Counted from the stretch's first letter, positions 9,750-22,408 are shown. The stretch is DNA of 40,000 nucleotides from an uncultured Candidatus Altimarinota bacterium (GCA_936941205.1 CAKZJF010000061.1:5744-45743), one strand, 5' to 3'. Notes: generated by a model from the letters alone, not told the origin. Program-made: numbers and translations.

Positions 9750-11264
9750 TTATTCGAGTTCAAGATATTCATCGATACGAACTTGCCATACAAATTCGTC
9801 GATATGGGAGACAAGAACCATAGTTCCTTCGTACTCATCGAGTGCCTTTGCAATAATGGGAAGATGGCGGAAATTAATATGATTGGTTGGTTCATCAAGG
9901 ATAAGAAGTCCTGGTTTCTCAAGAGCAAGTTTACAGAACATGACAAGTCATTTTTGCCCCTCAGAAAGAGCTCCAATCTGAGTATTCATGAGTTCACCGG
10001 TAATCAGAAATCCTGATGCAAAGGAACGAAGATCTTTATCGAGAGCCTTTCGATCACTCGCCTCAAAAAGACAGTCATACACTTTTTGGCTAAAATCAAG
10101 GGTAGAAAAGTCCTGTCTGTAGTACCCAACCTTTACATTCTCTCAGATTTTAGCACCTTTGGCTGTTCCATTGGCAATAGACTCAAGAAGGGTGGATTTT
10201 CCAATTCCGTTTGGACCAGAGAGAAGAAGATGACGATTTTTTCCGAGCGTTATATCCACTTCTTTTTCTACTGGCTCATGATCCTTAATTATATTCACGC
10301 TCGTCAACGCAAGAATAGCCCCACCGATTCATTCCTGATTTGGAATAGTAAAATCACGGATTGTTTTATCTTCACGACGAACATCACCCTTAGAAGCTTC
10401 TAACTCCTCGGCCTTTTCTACCATCTTTTTTGCGACGGAACGAAGCTTTCCTCATTTATGAGCAAAGACATTCGCTTGATCTTTATTGGCTTGTATTTCT
10501 TTTTCAAGACGAGAGTTTTCTCGATTTTGTGCTTCGATACGACGCTCCACTTGTTCAACAGCATCGTGATAGTTTCCAACAAATTGCTCCACTTTTCTCG
10601 TAAATACATCAAGATACAAAATTCCATCAGTAAAGGCATTTAAGAATTCAGCATCATGGGAAATAACAAGAACAGTCTTGTCATAATCTTGAAGAAATTG
10701 AGTCATCTGCCAGATCCCCTCAGAATCAAGATTATTGGTTGGTTCATCAAGAAGAAGAATATCTGGATGCTGAATAAGCGCTCCAGCAAGAAGAAGACGT
10801 GCTTGTTGGCCTCCAGAAAATGAACCGATAACACGATCAAGAAATGATGCAAATACCTGTTCTTTCGTCATGTCAGAACTCTTCGGAACACTCGGAAGGA
10901 GATTTACTACTCCAAGAATATCACGAATATCACGATCAATATTGTGAGAATCATTTCGTGAATATTTACGAAAATATTCACTGATAGTGAGCTCTTTATC
11001 AGCATGAGGCATTACCTGCTTTGCGATAGCGATATGTGCTCATTTTGTGATATGGATTTTCCCTTCTTTTGGAGCATATTCTCCAGTAATCATCTTAAAG
11101 ATAGTACTTTTTCCAGCACCATTTTGCCCCATAAGAGTTATCTTGGAACCTTCACGTACAGAAAACGAAGTCTCATCGAGAAGCCATTTTGGTGGAATAT
11201 AACCAAAAGTAATCTCATCAAAACGAATTATTACATCACCTCGAGCCATAGAAAGAAAAAACAA
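9750..11264 (-). CDS. ABC-F family ATPase (two NBDs, no membrane domain)
   Basis: 504 aa. Track pieces 9750-9941, 10452-11012 and 11040-11264 share a frame. First NBD: GQNGAGKST, FSGGQQARLLLA, LLLDEPTNNLD. Second NBD: LILDEPTNHIN. A coiled linker lies between them. TAA at 9750-9752. Confidence 0.9.
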
Positions 11265-11460
11265 AAATTAAACAGAAAAGATGGCCACAAAATGGTCATC
11301 TGTATTTTTACAGAGAAAGTATATTGATACTAGGAAAAAAGCAAACGGATTATTGTTATATGCTATTTTCAAAAATATTCTATACCCTCAATCATCTGAA
11401 TTTGAATAAAATATATATACTCTTTCGTATATAATTCTAGATAGAATAAAATTCACACCT

Positions 11461-12024
11461 ATGAATGAACACACTCTCGGAGAAAAAATTTCGGAAAATC
11501 CTGATATTTTCTCTGAAATCATCGACAATTATGAGGAAAAACTTATGAGATATATTATGCGTTCAACTGATATATCTGAGATTGACGCAGAAAATCTTCT
11601 TCAAGATATATTTATTAAAATCTATCAATACATCAATGAGTATGACTCACAATATAGTTTTTCGAGTTGGATATACCGTATTGCCCATAATATGATAATT
11701 GATCATTATCGGAAAAATCAGAAAGAATCTGAAAATATCTCTCTCGAAGATGAAGAATATACCAATATTATAACTTCGATGAGTGATGGAAATTCCCCAC
11801 ACCATGATCTCAAAAGAGGAGATATAAAAAATTGTGTACAAAAGGCAATATCACTCCTCAGAAAAGAATATAAAGAAATTATTCTCTTGAAATGCATCGA
11901 AGGATATTCCTACGAAGAAATATCTGATATTCTTAGAATTCCTGTATGAACAGCAAGTACTCTCATTAATCGAGCACGAAAAGAACTTCGAGAAAATCTC
12001 GAGAAACTCCACTGTAATTCCTAA
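11461..12024 (+). CDS. RNA polymerase ECF-type sigma-70 family factor
   Basis: 187 aa. Region 2 is LLQDIFIKIYQYINEYD...FSSWIYRIAHNMIIDHYRK. Region 4 is KEIILLKCIEGYSYEEISDILRIPV-TGA-TASTLINRARKELR. TAA at 12022-12024. Confidence 0.85.
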
Positions 12025-12033
12025 TATTTCTCT

Positions 12034-12747
12034 ATGAGTCACCTGAAAAATACAATACTTTCAAAAATTGAAAAAGAAAAAATAACACCCATTCCGAAGT
12101 CTTATTTCATCAATAAATATAGAATCTTCTGGGGGATATTTTGAATTTCAATTATTCTTGGAATTCTATGAACTGCTTTTTTTATAGAAGATTCGAGTGA
12201 ATTCATAGGAATGTTTGGGTATTTAGAATGAAACATTGGAATATTTCTCCTGCCAAATATTTTTTGGATTATACTTATTATATTTCTAGTATTCATAGGT
12301 ATAAAAAGTCTTCGGAATACATCCGTAGGATACCGGTACTCATACTGAAAAATAACCATCATCTGAGTGATTATTATCGTAAGTTGATGATATCTTTTTC
12401 GATTCAGTGGATTATGACCAATGCTTCATACCTTTATGCGTTCAAATATTCCATGAATAGAGTCACTTCTGTATACTATTTCTGCATGGAATAGTCCTGA
12501 GAATGGAAGACTTTCAGGAATAATACTAGAGAAAACGAAGCATTCGATACAATTGAAAAGTACTGATGAAAAAATCTGGAATATAGATATAGACTCTTCG
12601 TTTATCTCTCCGAAGGTAGTATGAAATACTGGTGAACAGATACGAATACTTTGAGAAATAAAATGAAATCTCCTATTTAAAGCGAATAAGATTATGCCTT
12701 GGTTCTGAAAAGGAATGGGCAATGGTTGATCATACTTAAAAAAGTAA
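12034..12747 (+). CDS. membrane protein adjacent to the ECF sigma (candidate anti-sigma factor; no zf-HC2 motif seen)
   Basis: 237 aa starting 10 nt after the sigma stop, with about 14 in-frame TGA. Several hydrophobic helices followed by a soluble C-terminal part. TAA 12745-12747, then a terminator. Confidence 0.45.
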
Positions 12748-12761
12748 AACAATTAAAATTT

Positions 12762-12798
12762 AAAACTCTCTTTATTCAAAAAAGAGAGTTTTTTTATT
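12762..12798 (+). terminator. intrinsic terminator
   Basis: 12-bp stem aaaactctcttt / aaagagagtttt with a 7-nt loop and a T-run. Confidence 0.7.
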
Positions 12799-12891
12799 AT
12801 TTTGAATAATTCTTACTTGGAAATTCGTATAAACTATTGAAGGGGTTAAATAATACATCTTCAAAAAAAAATTTATTAATAATTATACTCT

Positions 12892-13815
12892 ATGAGAACA
12901 TCAAAAATTTTTGTCGGTTTTGCGACAATAACACTTTTAGTAACAACAATGTCTATCTATTCAGCTTCTGCCGCAATGTGAAATGGAAGTAATCATGGAC
13001 AAGGAAGAATGTGATGAAACTATGGAAGCGAGAATACAACACGAATGACCCATAATGAATCGCTTGCACTCAGTGGAATTACAACAGCTCCTCTCTCAAA
13101 TCAAGAAAAGCTCGATCTAGCCTATCAATATAGTGAAGAAATGGTAGCACGTGATACATATAACTACTTCTATTCCCTCTATAAGTTACCAACATTTCAA
13201 AATATTGCTGCCTCTGAACAAGAACATATGAACGCTGTAAAAACACTTCTTGAACGATATTCATTGCTAATTCCAACTGGATATGGTGAACTTACAACAA
13301 CATTTACATCACTCAAAGCAGAATGAGAAAAATGAGTCAAAGAAGCGCTCGAGGTTGGAATTAAAATAGAGATGCTTGATATCAAGGATATCATTGATAC
13401 GATAAAAACAACGGATAATGATGATATAAAAATCGTACTGACAAATATCTGAGGAGCATCCTATAATCATATGCGAGGATTCTTGCAAGGTCTTACAAAC
13501 AACGGATTCACAACTTCAATTAATTACAGTGAATATCTTAATCAAACAGATCTTAACTCACGTTGAAGCCTTCAGTCCAAACTCTCTGAGAAACTCGTTG
13601 CTGAAAAAGTAGTTCTCCCAACTCAAACAAAGAAATGATATAAACAAGATACTCAATGAAACTATGGAAAGAAAATGGAAAAGATGCCAAATTCACAACT
13701 ATCACCATCTACAATAAACGAAGATAAGGTACAACCGTTCATTCCTGAAATAAAAGAACAAAAGATACCTTGGTATATGAGCATAAAAGAATACATAAAT
13801 AGTTTCTTCAGATAA
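12892..13815 (+). CDS. secreted DUF2202 (ferritin-like) domain protein
   Basis: 307 aa with a signal peptide ending SASAAM. EEMVARDTYNYFYSLY...FQNIAASEQEHMNAVKTLLERY...ALEVGIKIEMLDIKD...TNI-TGA-GASYNHMRGF matches the DUF2202 pattern as I recall it. TAA 13813-13815. Confidence 0.7.
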
Positions 13816-13822
13816 CGTGCTC

Positions 13823-13859
13823 AATAGAAATAAAACGTAAATAACGTTTTATTTCTATT
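13823..13859 (+). terminator. intrinsic terminator
   Basis: 16-bp stem aatagaaataaaacgt / acgttttatttctatt with a 5-nt loop. Confidence 0.65.
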
Positions 13860-13906
13860 TATTAATTTTTTAGTTATATTCTAATATATAATAGAATTCA
13901 CTTCAT

Positions 13907-14806
13907 ATGAAAAACTACAAAAACATTCACTCCATTGATAGAAGCATTAGAATGATATTATCAGTTTCTCTTTTTATTATTGGATTCTTCTGGTTCTCAG
14001 GAAATATCAATCTCATATTACTTACCATAAGTATTCTACTCGCAATAACGGGAATACTCGGCTTCTGCCCTCCATATTTGCTCTTTGGAATAAATTGATA
14101 TAGCAAGGATAACCGCATTTCAAAACTTTTTTTGGGGATTTTTACTATTATTTTTCTCATTGTTGGTATTGGATGAAGTTATGCAAGTATATTCTTTACT
14201 AAAAAATTCTTTCTCGAAGACTATAATAGAATGAATAACTATTATAAACAAACACTCTTTAATACCGGAAAAGAGAAGCGAGCTGAATCTATCATGAATT
14301 ACGACCTCCTAATTGCTGAATATCATATCTTTCTAGCCAAATACAACACATATCAACCATACTCTCTTCGATGAGATAAGGAATTTAGAAATGATCTCAA
14401 TAAGATATCATCCATAATTCATACACTCAAAGAAAAAACATATACTGGTAATCTCAAGGAAGCACATCTTGAACTTGAAAAAGTTCGTCCAATTTTTCAA
14501 GATATTCTTAAAAGAAATAATTTTTCACTTCTTGCTATTTCTCTTGTAGATTTTCATGATGTCATGGAAACCGTTATTGAAGCAGCGGATACAAAAGATG
14601 TATCCTGAGTAGCAAAGGCATATCTTATAGCTGACGAGAAACTCAAAATTATCGAAGATATAACAAATGATGATGAAATCCAGGCAATTCGAAAAAATCT
14701 CAATGATGTAAAAACTTTTGCAGAACAAAATAAATTAGAAACCCTGTCGACGAAGGCAGCTGAACTCAAAAGTAGTTTTGTGAAGGTATACCTTAAAAGA
14801 GGGTAA
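13907..14806 (+). CDS. DUF2892 (YgaP-like) membrane domain fused to a ~200-aa helical domain of unknown function
   Basis: 299 aa. The N-terminus IHSIDRSIRMILSVSLFIIGFFWF...ITGILGFCPPYLLFGI fits the DUF2892 pattern. Reads on through TGA 14096-14098 to TAA 14804-14806. Confidence 0.6.
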
Positions 14807-14838
14807 CAAAAAAATATTATTTATAACCATTATTCACT

Positions 14839-15336
14839 ATGAAAACTTTATCTGTATCTCTATTGGTAATCAGTAGCTTATTTCTAACTTCTTGTGGTAG
14901 CACAGAAAATACTACCCAAACTGATTCTGCTCAATCAAATTCTTCCATATCAGCCCAACCCGAAAGAAAAGTCGATATTTACGGGAAGATTACTTCCATA
15001 GAATGAAATGAAATCACTTTATTACAAGTAGATACCTCAAAAGATCCTACATTCACTATGACACCGGAAGCAAAGAAAAAATATATGCAAGCAATGGACG
15101 AAGCAGCAAGAATGGCTCTGAAAGAACAAATTAATTCTGCCACGCTCTGAGAAATAAAGATTATTATTCCGGTAGGAATTCCCATGATTAAGAAAACAGC
15201 TCAATGAACAGATGCACCAACTGTAGATGCAAGTTTAGCGGATTTAAAAAACGGCCAATATATTTCAATCTGGACCTCACAAGATATAAAGGAAAATAAA
15301 GGAGTAGAATTTGTAAAAATCGCTTTTATGCAATAG
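14839..15336 (+). CDS. lipoprotein upstream of the efflux genes
   Basis: 165 aa. MKTLSVSLLVISSLFLTSC has a lipobox (LFLTS-C). TAG at 15334-15336. Three in-frame TGA. Confidence 0.6.
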
Positions 15337-15377
15337 TACAAAAATATACTATCAAATTATTTTATTAATATTCAGAC

Positions 15378-17372
15378 ATGTCACTCATACAAGAAGTAGA
15401 AAAACAAACAAGCTTTCCTTGGATAAAAAAAATTCTCATTTTTTCAATCTTGTCTGGAATATGATATATTGGATATTCTTACTATCTCAATAGTGAGAAT
15501 ACGGAACCTTCTGGAGAACAAAAAATATATCTGGTCAGTTCTTGAAATCTCATAACATCCATAGAGTCAGACGGAAAGATTACTCTGAAAGATGAATTGA
15601 ATCTAGACTTTGTAAATCCCTGAATAGTAAAAAATATTTTAAAAAAGGAATGAGATGTTGTAAAGGCCTGAGAAGTAATAGCATCACTTGATCCAACCTA
15701 TCTTGATATCGCTATAGATAAAGCACAAATTGCATTAAAAATTGCAGAGGCAAATTATAATCTCAAAAAAAGAGGATGAACCCAAGATGAGATTAGCATT
15801 TCTCAAAAACAACTTGAATCCAGTGAGGCGTCATATAATTCAACTCTTTCACAGACAGAGATGGATATAAAACTGGCTGAAGATAATTTAAAAATTACTT
15901 GAGATAATCTTGAAAACACAAAAAAACAAACAGAAATAAATACATTGACGGCGCAAAACAATCTAGATACTCTATTACTTGATCTTGAATCTGCAGAAAA
16001 AAATGTGAAGTTAATTACTACACAGGAAGAAGAAAAATATAAAAATATGCAAAATAAACTTATTATGGAAGTATGACAAATGATTACTGCTATAGAAAAA
16101 AATTTATTTGATATTGATATATTCCTCTGAATAACTGAATCAAATAAATACGCAAATGATATGTATGAAGTATATATTGGTGCTAAAAATACTGCCGTAA
16201 AGATACAGGCTGATAATAGTTTCCATGATGCTGAAAAAGGTTTTTCTACTTTTTATCAAGAATGGAAAATCTTTAAACAAGGAACAGATATGAGTCAACT
16301 AGAGATACTAGCATGACGATTAAAAGATATAAGCTCGCTTACAAACAAAAGTCTCTCTTATACAATCGATACTATAAAAAATTCGGTGCCATCAAACTGA
16401 TTTCCTCAGAGTTCACTTGATAGTATGCTCACGAATTTTGAAAATGCACTCACAAATCTTAAAAATGAAGCTTCTTCTTTTGCTATAACAATACAATCCA
16501 CACAAGAAGCAAAAACAGCAAAAGATATAAAGATTACAACTGCTTGAGACAGTATAATAAGCTTAAAACAGAAAATAAAAATATGAAAAGCATCTCTCGA
16601 AAAAACAATTCTAGAGAATGGAGTTTCGATACAATTAGCAACGCAAAAACGTGATCAAGCGAAAATGTCTATGGAAAATGCATTTATAAAAAAAGACACC
16701 TCTCTTACAAAAGAACAAACACAAATAGCTATATCCAAGAGTGTACTAAACGGAAAACAAGGAACAGATTCTTATGAATTAGAACCATTCTATATGGCAA
16801 TACTGAGTGCAAAAAAGAATTTGGAAGAAGCACAATTGAAAAAAAATGACTCTCAACTAAGAAGTCCTATCGATGGAAAAATAGTAAATATATCTTGAGA
16901 TATCTGAGAAACAACGAGCTCTCTTAAAGAATCATTTGTAACTATTATCAACAATGAGACATATTTTGTAGAGTCACAAGTAGAAGAGGAAGATATTACG
17001 AAAGTAAAAGTTGGACAAAAAGCATACATATCTTTTGATGCTGTCGAATGACTCAATATTTCATGAGAAGTAATCTACGTAAATGACAAAGCAACGATTG
17101 ATAGTAATGGTGTAGTAAGTTATAAAACACAAATAATTTTCTCTTCTCAAGATTCACGAATTCGTGAAGGTATGAGCGCAACTATTCAATTTATAACAAA
17201 AGAAGTTTCCAATGTACTTACTATACCCGTACAGTCAGTGAAAACAATAAATAAAAAGCCCTCTGTCCTTCTTGAAGATGGTACATATCAAACTGTTATT
17301 ACAGGCTTTACGGACTGAAAAATGGTAGAGGTGGTCTCGGGAATTAAAAAATGAGATAAAGTGATGTATTAA
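15378..17372 (+). CDS. HlyD/MacA-family membrane-fusion (periplasmic adaptor) protein, unusually long (664 aa)
   Basis: N-terminal TM helix, then a lipoyl-like half (GDVVKAGEVIASLD). A coiled-coil region of about 350 aa follows. Second half is LRSPIDGKIVNIS, then beta-barrel/MP-domain-like sequence (VKVGQKAYISFDA...GEVIYV...IREGMSATIQF). Track ORF 16665-16898 is in the same frame. Confidence 0.8.
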
Positions 17373-17384
17373 CTGTACTAAATT

Positions 17385-18089
17385 ATGAAAGATACCATTA
17401 TACAACTTGAAGATGTAAGAAAATCGTACTATCTAACAAATAAGGTTGAAATTCCAGTATTAAAATGAATTCGTCTTTCCATACAAAAGGGAGAATTTGT
17501 AGCTCTTATGGGAGAATCTTGAAGTGGAAAATCCACATTATTAAATATAATATGATGCCTCCATTGAGTTTCATCTGGCAAATATATTTTTGAATGAGAA
17601 GATATTTCTTTTTTACAAAATGATGATATGCTTTCTTTTATTCGAAATAGAAAGATGGGGTTTATTTTCCAGCAATTTCATCTCATCCCTAAGCTCACAG
17701 CAATAGAAAATGTTATGTTACCAGGATTATATCTCAATATGAGTCAAGACGAGAAACGAGAGAGAGCACAGATGCTTCTTTGAAAAGTTTGATTACTCGA
17801 TAAAATAGCAAATAGACCGGGCGAATTATCCGGATGACAACAACAAAGAGTGAGTATTGCAAGAAGTCTCATGAATAACCCTGAAATTCTCTTGGCGGAT
17901 GAACCTACGTGAGCACTTGACTCAGAAACCTCAACAGAAGTTATGAAGATAATGACAGATCTAAAAAAGGATGGTAAAACCATCATAATGGTAACCCATA
18001 CGCCACTAGTAGCTCGATTTGCTGATAGAATTATATTTCTTAAAGATGGAAAAGTCGAAGACTGCAATCATATACTTAAAGACATCTAA
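17385..18089 (+). CDS. ABC transporter ATP-binding protein, MacB/LolD type
   Basis: 234 aa with 9 in-frame TGA. Walker A GES-TGA-SGKST, Q-loop FIFQQF, signature LSG-TGA-QQQRVSIAR, Walker B LLADEPT-TGA-ALD, H-loop VTHT. Confidence 0.92.
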
Positions 18090-18107
18090 TATTAATTTGA
18101 ATTCAAT

Positions 18108-19289
18108 ATGCAAATCTTACAAATGGCAATGAAGTCACTGTATAATAATAAAATTCGAACTTTTTTGAGTTCACTCTGAGTTATAATATGAGTAGCAACT
18201 ATTGTATTGGTCATAGCCATTTGACTCGGTGCTCAAAAAAAAATAGAAGAACAATATGCAAATCTTGCGGTTACTTCAATTCTCATTAATCCAGTAACAA
18301 GCCCTACACAAAAAACAAAACTCTCCAAGGAAGATAGTACTATTTTACAAACGAATTCTCAATATATTGAGAGTGTTACTGCTATATTACAAGGAAAGAT
18401 GATATCAGTAAGTGATCTCACGTCAGCCTCAACAACAATTCTCTGAGTAGAAAAGGAATTTCTTCATATCTCAAAATTATTACTTGAAAAAGGAATATTT
18501 TTTGAAGATATTGACCTCCTCGGAAAGCCAAAATTTGCAATACTTGGAAATGGTGCAGCGATTGAATTTTTTTGAAGTTCAGATAAGGCATTGGGGCAAA
18601 CTATAAATATTGGAAAAAAGAAACTAGATATTATTGGGGTTTTTAAGAAATCTTGAAGTTCTATTGGTCCTATTACCTATGATGATTCAATATATTTACC
18701 CTACCTTACAGCTCAATCAATTATTTGAGATTGAGCAAGTCCAAGAATTATTGCACTTGCTCAGGATGTAAATAGCATAAATATGGCTATTACTGAAATT
18801 TGAGATATTCTTAAAATAGCCCATAAACTCAAATCAACTCAAAGTGAAGATTTTCGTGTAGTCGATCAATGATCCAAAGTAATAGCAGCTCAAGAATCTG
18901 CATCCACCATGACTCTGTTACTTACTGGGGTTGCTATTATTGTATTGGTAGTATCTGGAATAGGTATTATGAATGTTATGTTTGCTGGAGTAGCTGAAAG
19001 AATAAAAGAAATAGGAATTCTCCGAGCCATCGGAATTAAAACAAAAGATATTTTAAATATTTTCCTTCTCGAAGCTATCATACTTTCTATAGGTTGATGA
19101 ATAATCGGGGTAATTCTTTGAGATATCTGCATACCATTAATTGCTTATTTTGACTTAATTGAAGTATTACCAAGTATAACATGACGAATTGGAGCATTTA
19201 GTTTTGCCGTATTTGTATGAATATTTTTTTGATACTACCCAGCATACAAAGCATCAAAAATGGATCCAGTTGATGCTCTCAGGAGCTAA
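18108..19289 (+). CDS. ABC transporter permease, MacB/FtsX family
   Basis: 393 aa. N-terminal TM helix ([18 protein letters not shown]), a large extracytoplasmic domain, and C-terminal FtsX helices ([26 protein letters not shown]...[17 protein letters not shown]). Track ORF 18909-19097 is in the same frame. Confidence 0.9.
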
Positions 19290-19292
19290 AAA

Positions 19293-19330
19293 AGAATCCC
19301 CTCTTCAAAATAAATTGAAGAGGGGATTCT
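19293..19330. terminator. bidirectional terminator between the permease and gdh
   Basis: 16-bp stem agaatcccctcttcaa / ttgaagaggggattct with a 6-nt loop. Confidence 0.8.
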
Positions 19331-19343
19331 ATAAAATGATTTA

Positions 19344-20594
19344 TTATTCGGTTGCTCGTGTTTTCATAGCTTCAAGAATCCGCTCCATAGCGACAATATA
19401 TGCACCCGTACGGAGCATAACATTATGTGATGCTGATGATGCAAGAACTCACTTAAGAGCTTGGTTCATTTTGAGTTTCAATTTCTCCTGTACTTCTTCA
19501 CGGCTCCAGAAATAATTCATGCCATTTTGAACCTGTTCAAAATAACTTACTGTAACACCACCAGCATTTGCGAGAATATCTGGAATTACAGGGATAGAAC
19601 GTGAAAAAAGAATCGTATCAGCATCAGGAGTAACCGGTCCATTCGCAAGTTCAAGAAGAAGTTTTGCTTGGATTTTATTCGCATTTTCTACAGTAATTTG
19701 ATTTTCAAGCGCTGCTGGAATAAGAATATCACATGGGAGCTCAAGAAATTCTGCATTTGTATAATGTGTTCCTGAGATATGATCTTGTACTGATTTTTTT
19801 GCAGCTTTCAGTGTTTCAATAGCAGTAATATCAATTCCTGAAGTATCGTAGATTGCTCCATGAGAATCAGAAACACCAACTATAGTGGCCCCTGCCTCTT
19901 TCAGAAGATGTGCCATAACCAGTCATGCATTCCCTGCCCCCTGAATCATAACCTTCTTTCCTGCAATATTTTCATTCTTGCTTTCAAGGTAGGAAGTAAG
20001 CACATAAACGCCCCCCTGGGCAGTTGCTGTATCACGTCCAAGAGAACCACCAATAGAAACTGGTTTTCCAGTAAATGTCCCTGGAGTCCAGCTTCCTACG
20101 AGTTTTGAATATTCATCAACCATCCATGCCATAATCTTTCCATTCGTATTCACATCGGGAGCAGGAACATCTTGAGTTGGACCAAGATATTTATAGAGTT
20201 TTCGAACATATCCTCGAGAGAGTTCTTCAAGTTCACGTTCTGAAAGTTCTTTTGGATTCACAATGATACCTCCCTTTCCTCCACCAAGTGGGAGATCAAG
20301 GGTTGCACATTTAATACTCATCCAAGTAGAGAGGGCCATTACTTCATCTTTATTCACATCTTGATGATACCGAATTCCTCCCTTATATGGACCACGTGCA
20401 CCATTGTGCTGACTACGATATCCTGTAAACATACGAGTACTTCCATCATCCATAACGACTGGGATAGAAACTTCAATAATACGTTCAGGAGAGAGGGCAA
20501 GAGTGAATTCATGATCATATTTTGGAGCAAGATATTCATATGCTGCTTTCATCTGAGTTCGTGCACTTTCAAATGGATTAACTGACTGTGACAT
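19344..20594 (-). CDS. gdhA: glutamate dehydrogenase (Glu/Leu/Phe/Val dehydrogenase family)
   Basis: 416 aa. Track pieces 19449-19916 and 19923-20594 share a frame. Catalytic region GPYKGGIRYH...LPLGGGKGG. Rossmann motif QGAGNA-TGA-LVMAHLL. TAA at 19344-19346. Confidence 0.92.
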
Positions 20595-20671
20595 AGAAAA
20601 ATAGTAAGATACTAATTATGAGAATAATTCTCATAATTAGTATAGGGGAAATAAAAAAGGAATCAAGAAAA

Positions 20672-22033
20672 TTATAGACTTTTTGCAACTTCTTGCAATG
20701 TTTCTTCGAGCATATTAAGTCCAATATCAATTTCTTCATATGAGATAACAATTGGTGGCTCAATACGAATCGTTTTTGCATTATTCAGTGTTCCTGCAAC
20801 CAAAACTCCTCTCTTAAATAATCCAGAAGCAACCTGATATCCAATATCAGATGATACGAAATGTTGCCCTATAAGGAGTCATTTTCCTGTGATAGATTCA
20901 TAGATTTGTGGATACTCTGTAACGAACTTTTGAAGTCGTTCCATCATATATTCTCATTTTTCATGAGCAAGACGAGGAAAATCATCTCGTAGAAGCACGT
21001 GAATTGCAGCAATAGCCGCTGAACAAGCAAGAGCTCCTCCTCACGTTGTAGTAGTATGAATAAATGGATTTGGGTACATCATGGATTGCCAAACCTCCTC
21101 TGTGGCAGTAAAGGCACTAATTGGCATAACCCCTCAACCTAGTGATTTTCCAAGTGTCATGATATCTGGAGTAACCCCCCAATGATCCACTCAAAAAAGT
21201 TTTCCAGTTCGCCCAAGTCCCGTCTGAACTTCATCTGCAATAAGCAGTGTATTATGTTTCTTTGTTGCTGAGCGGATACGAGGCCAAAAATCATCCGGAG
21301 GAACAATTGCTCCTGCTTCTCATTGAATTGGTTCAAACATGACTGCTGCCACTCCAATTCCAAGTTTTTCACAGATATCAAGCTGCTCTTCAACAGCACC
21401 TGCATCTCCAAATGGTACATGGTATACAGGTCCACCATACAGCTGTCCGACTGGTTCACGATATGCAGCCTTTCCAATCATAGAAAGTGCTCCCATAGTT
21501 TTTCCATGAAAAGCATTTACGCCAACAATAAAGGCATTTTTCTTTGTATGCATTTTTGCAAGTTTTATGGCCCCTTCAGTAGCCTCTGTTCAACTTGCAG
21601 CAAAGAAGCTATATTTCAGATCACCAGGAGTTATTTCAGAAAGAAGTTTTGCAAGTGCTCAACGAAGGGGATCAATTAACTCCTGACTTGGCATGGGGTT
21701 GCAGAGAAGTTGTGCCTGTACCGCTTCCACCACTTCTGGATGTGACCATCCGTGACTCATAAGACCATATCAACCAAGAAAATCGATATATTTTCGACCC
21801 ATAACATCCTGAAATACGGCTCACTTTCCACTCCATTCTGTTGCGGCCCATTGACCTGCAATCGTTGCTGATTTGCGATATTCCAACCATCCAGCATTAA
21901 AATGCTCACGAAAATTCGATACTGATTCTTCAATTACCCATTCTGCAACATTCGATTCTGGGAGATCAGATTGTTTAATAATATCAATCCATTTTCCTGA
22001 ATATTCGATAGCTTCTGGGATTCATTTTGTCAT
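20672..22033 (-). CDS. patA: class III PLP aminotransferase, PatA/YgjG (putrescine aminotransferase)-like
   Basis: 453 aa with 11 in-frame TGA. FNAGWLEYRKS..., LKYSFFAAS-G-TEATEGAIKLAK, AFHGKTMGALS, EPIQ-G-EAG, LIADEVQTGLGRTGK, DIMTLGKSLG-G-GVMP and VLVAGTLNNAKTIRIEPP follow my recollection of E. coli PatA. Confidence 0.85.
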
Positions 22034-22143
22034 AAAAATACACATAAAATATAAGGTATTCTTATCGTACCAGAATTTACTATTGAATACAAAAAAAGAG
22101 GGTTACCAAAAATATAGTAAGTATGCTCTCCTAGAAAAATAAC

Positions 22144-22407
22144 TTAATACTCCTTGATAGTAACTATGAGGAGTTCTTTTTCATATTTTGAAAGTTGTTT
22201 TATCATATATTCTCGAGAACATGCCTCACTTCTTGAAGTGTATGATTCTTGATATACCACCCTTACTGGTCTCCGAGCACGCGTATATTTTGCTCATTTA
22301 TTACTTGTATTATGTTCTTCAAGTCGACGAATAATATCGGTTGTAATACCAGTATAGAGAGTTCCATCATTACAGGCGAGAATGTATACAAGCCACTCTT
22401 TCTCCAT
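22144..22407 (-). CDS. GIY-YIG nuclease family protein (UPF0213-like)
   Basis: 87 aa. [29 protein letters not shown]...[27 protein letters not shown]. The start lies 1 nt after the Tex stop. Confidence 0.8.
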
Positions 22408-22408
22408 A

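Noticed and set aside
17385-18089. TGA read as Trp (table 4, Mycoplasma-type), or as selenocysteine.
   Set aside because: The TGA positions in Walker A, the ABC signature, Walker B and other motifs are invariant Gly, not Trp. Conserved Trp residues are TGG. The tRNA(UCA) has a short variable loop, a 7-bp acceptor stem and Gly-type determinants. TGA is also far too frequent for Sec (9 in 234 codons).
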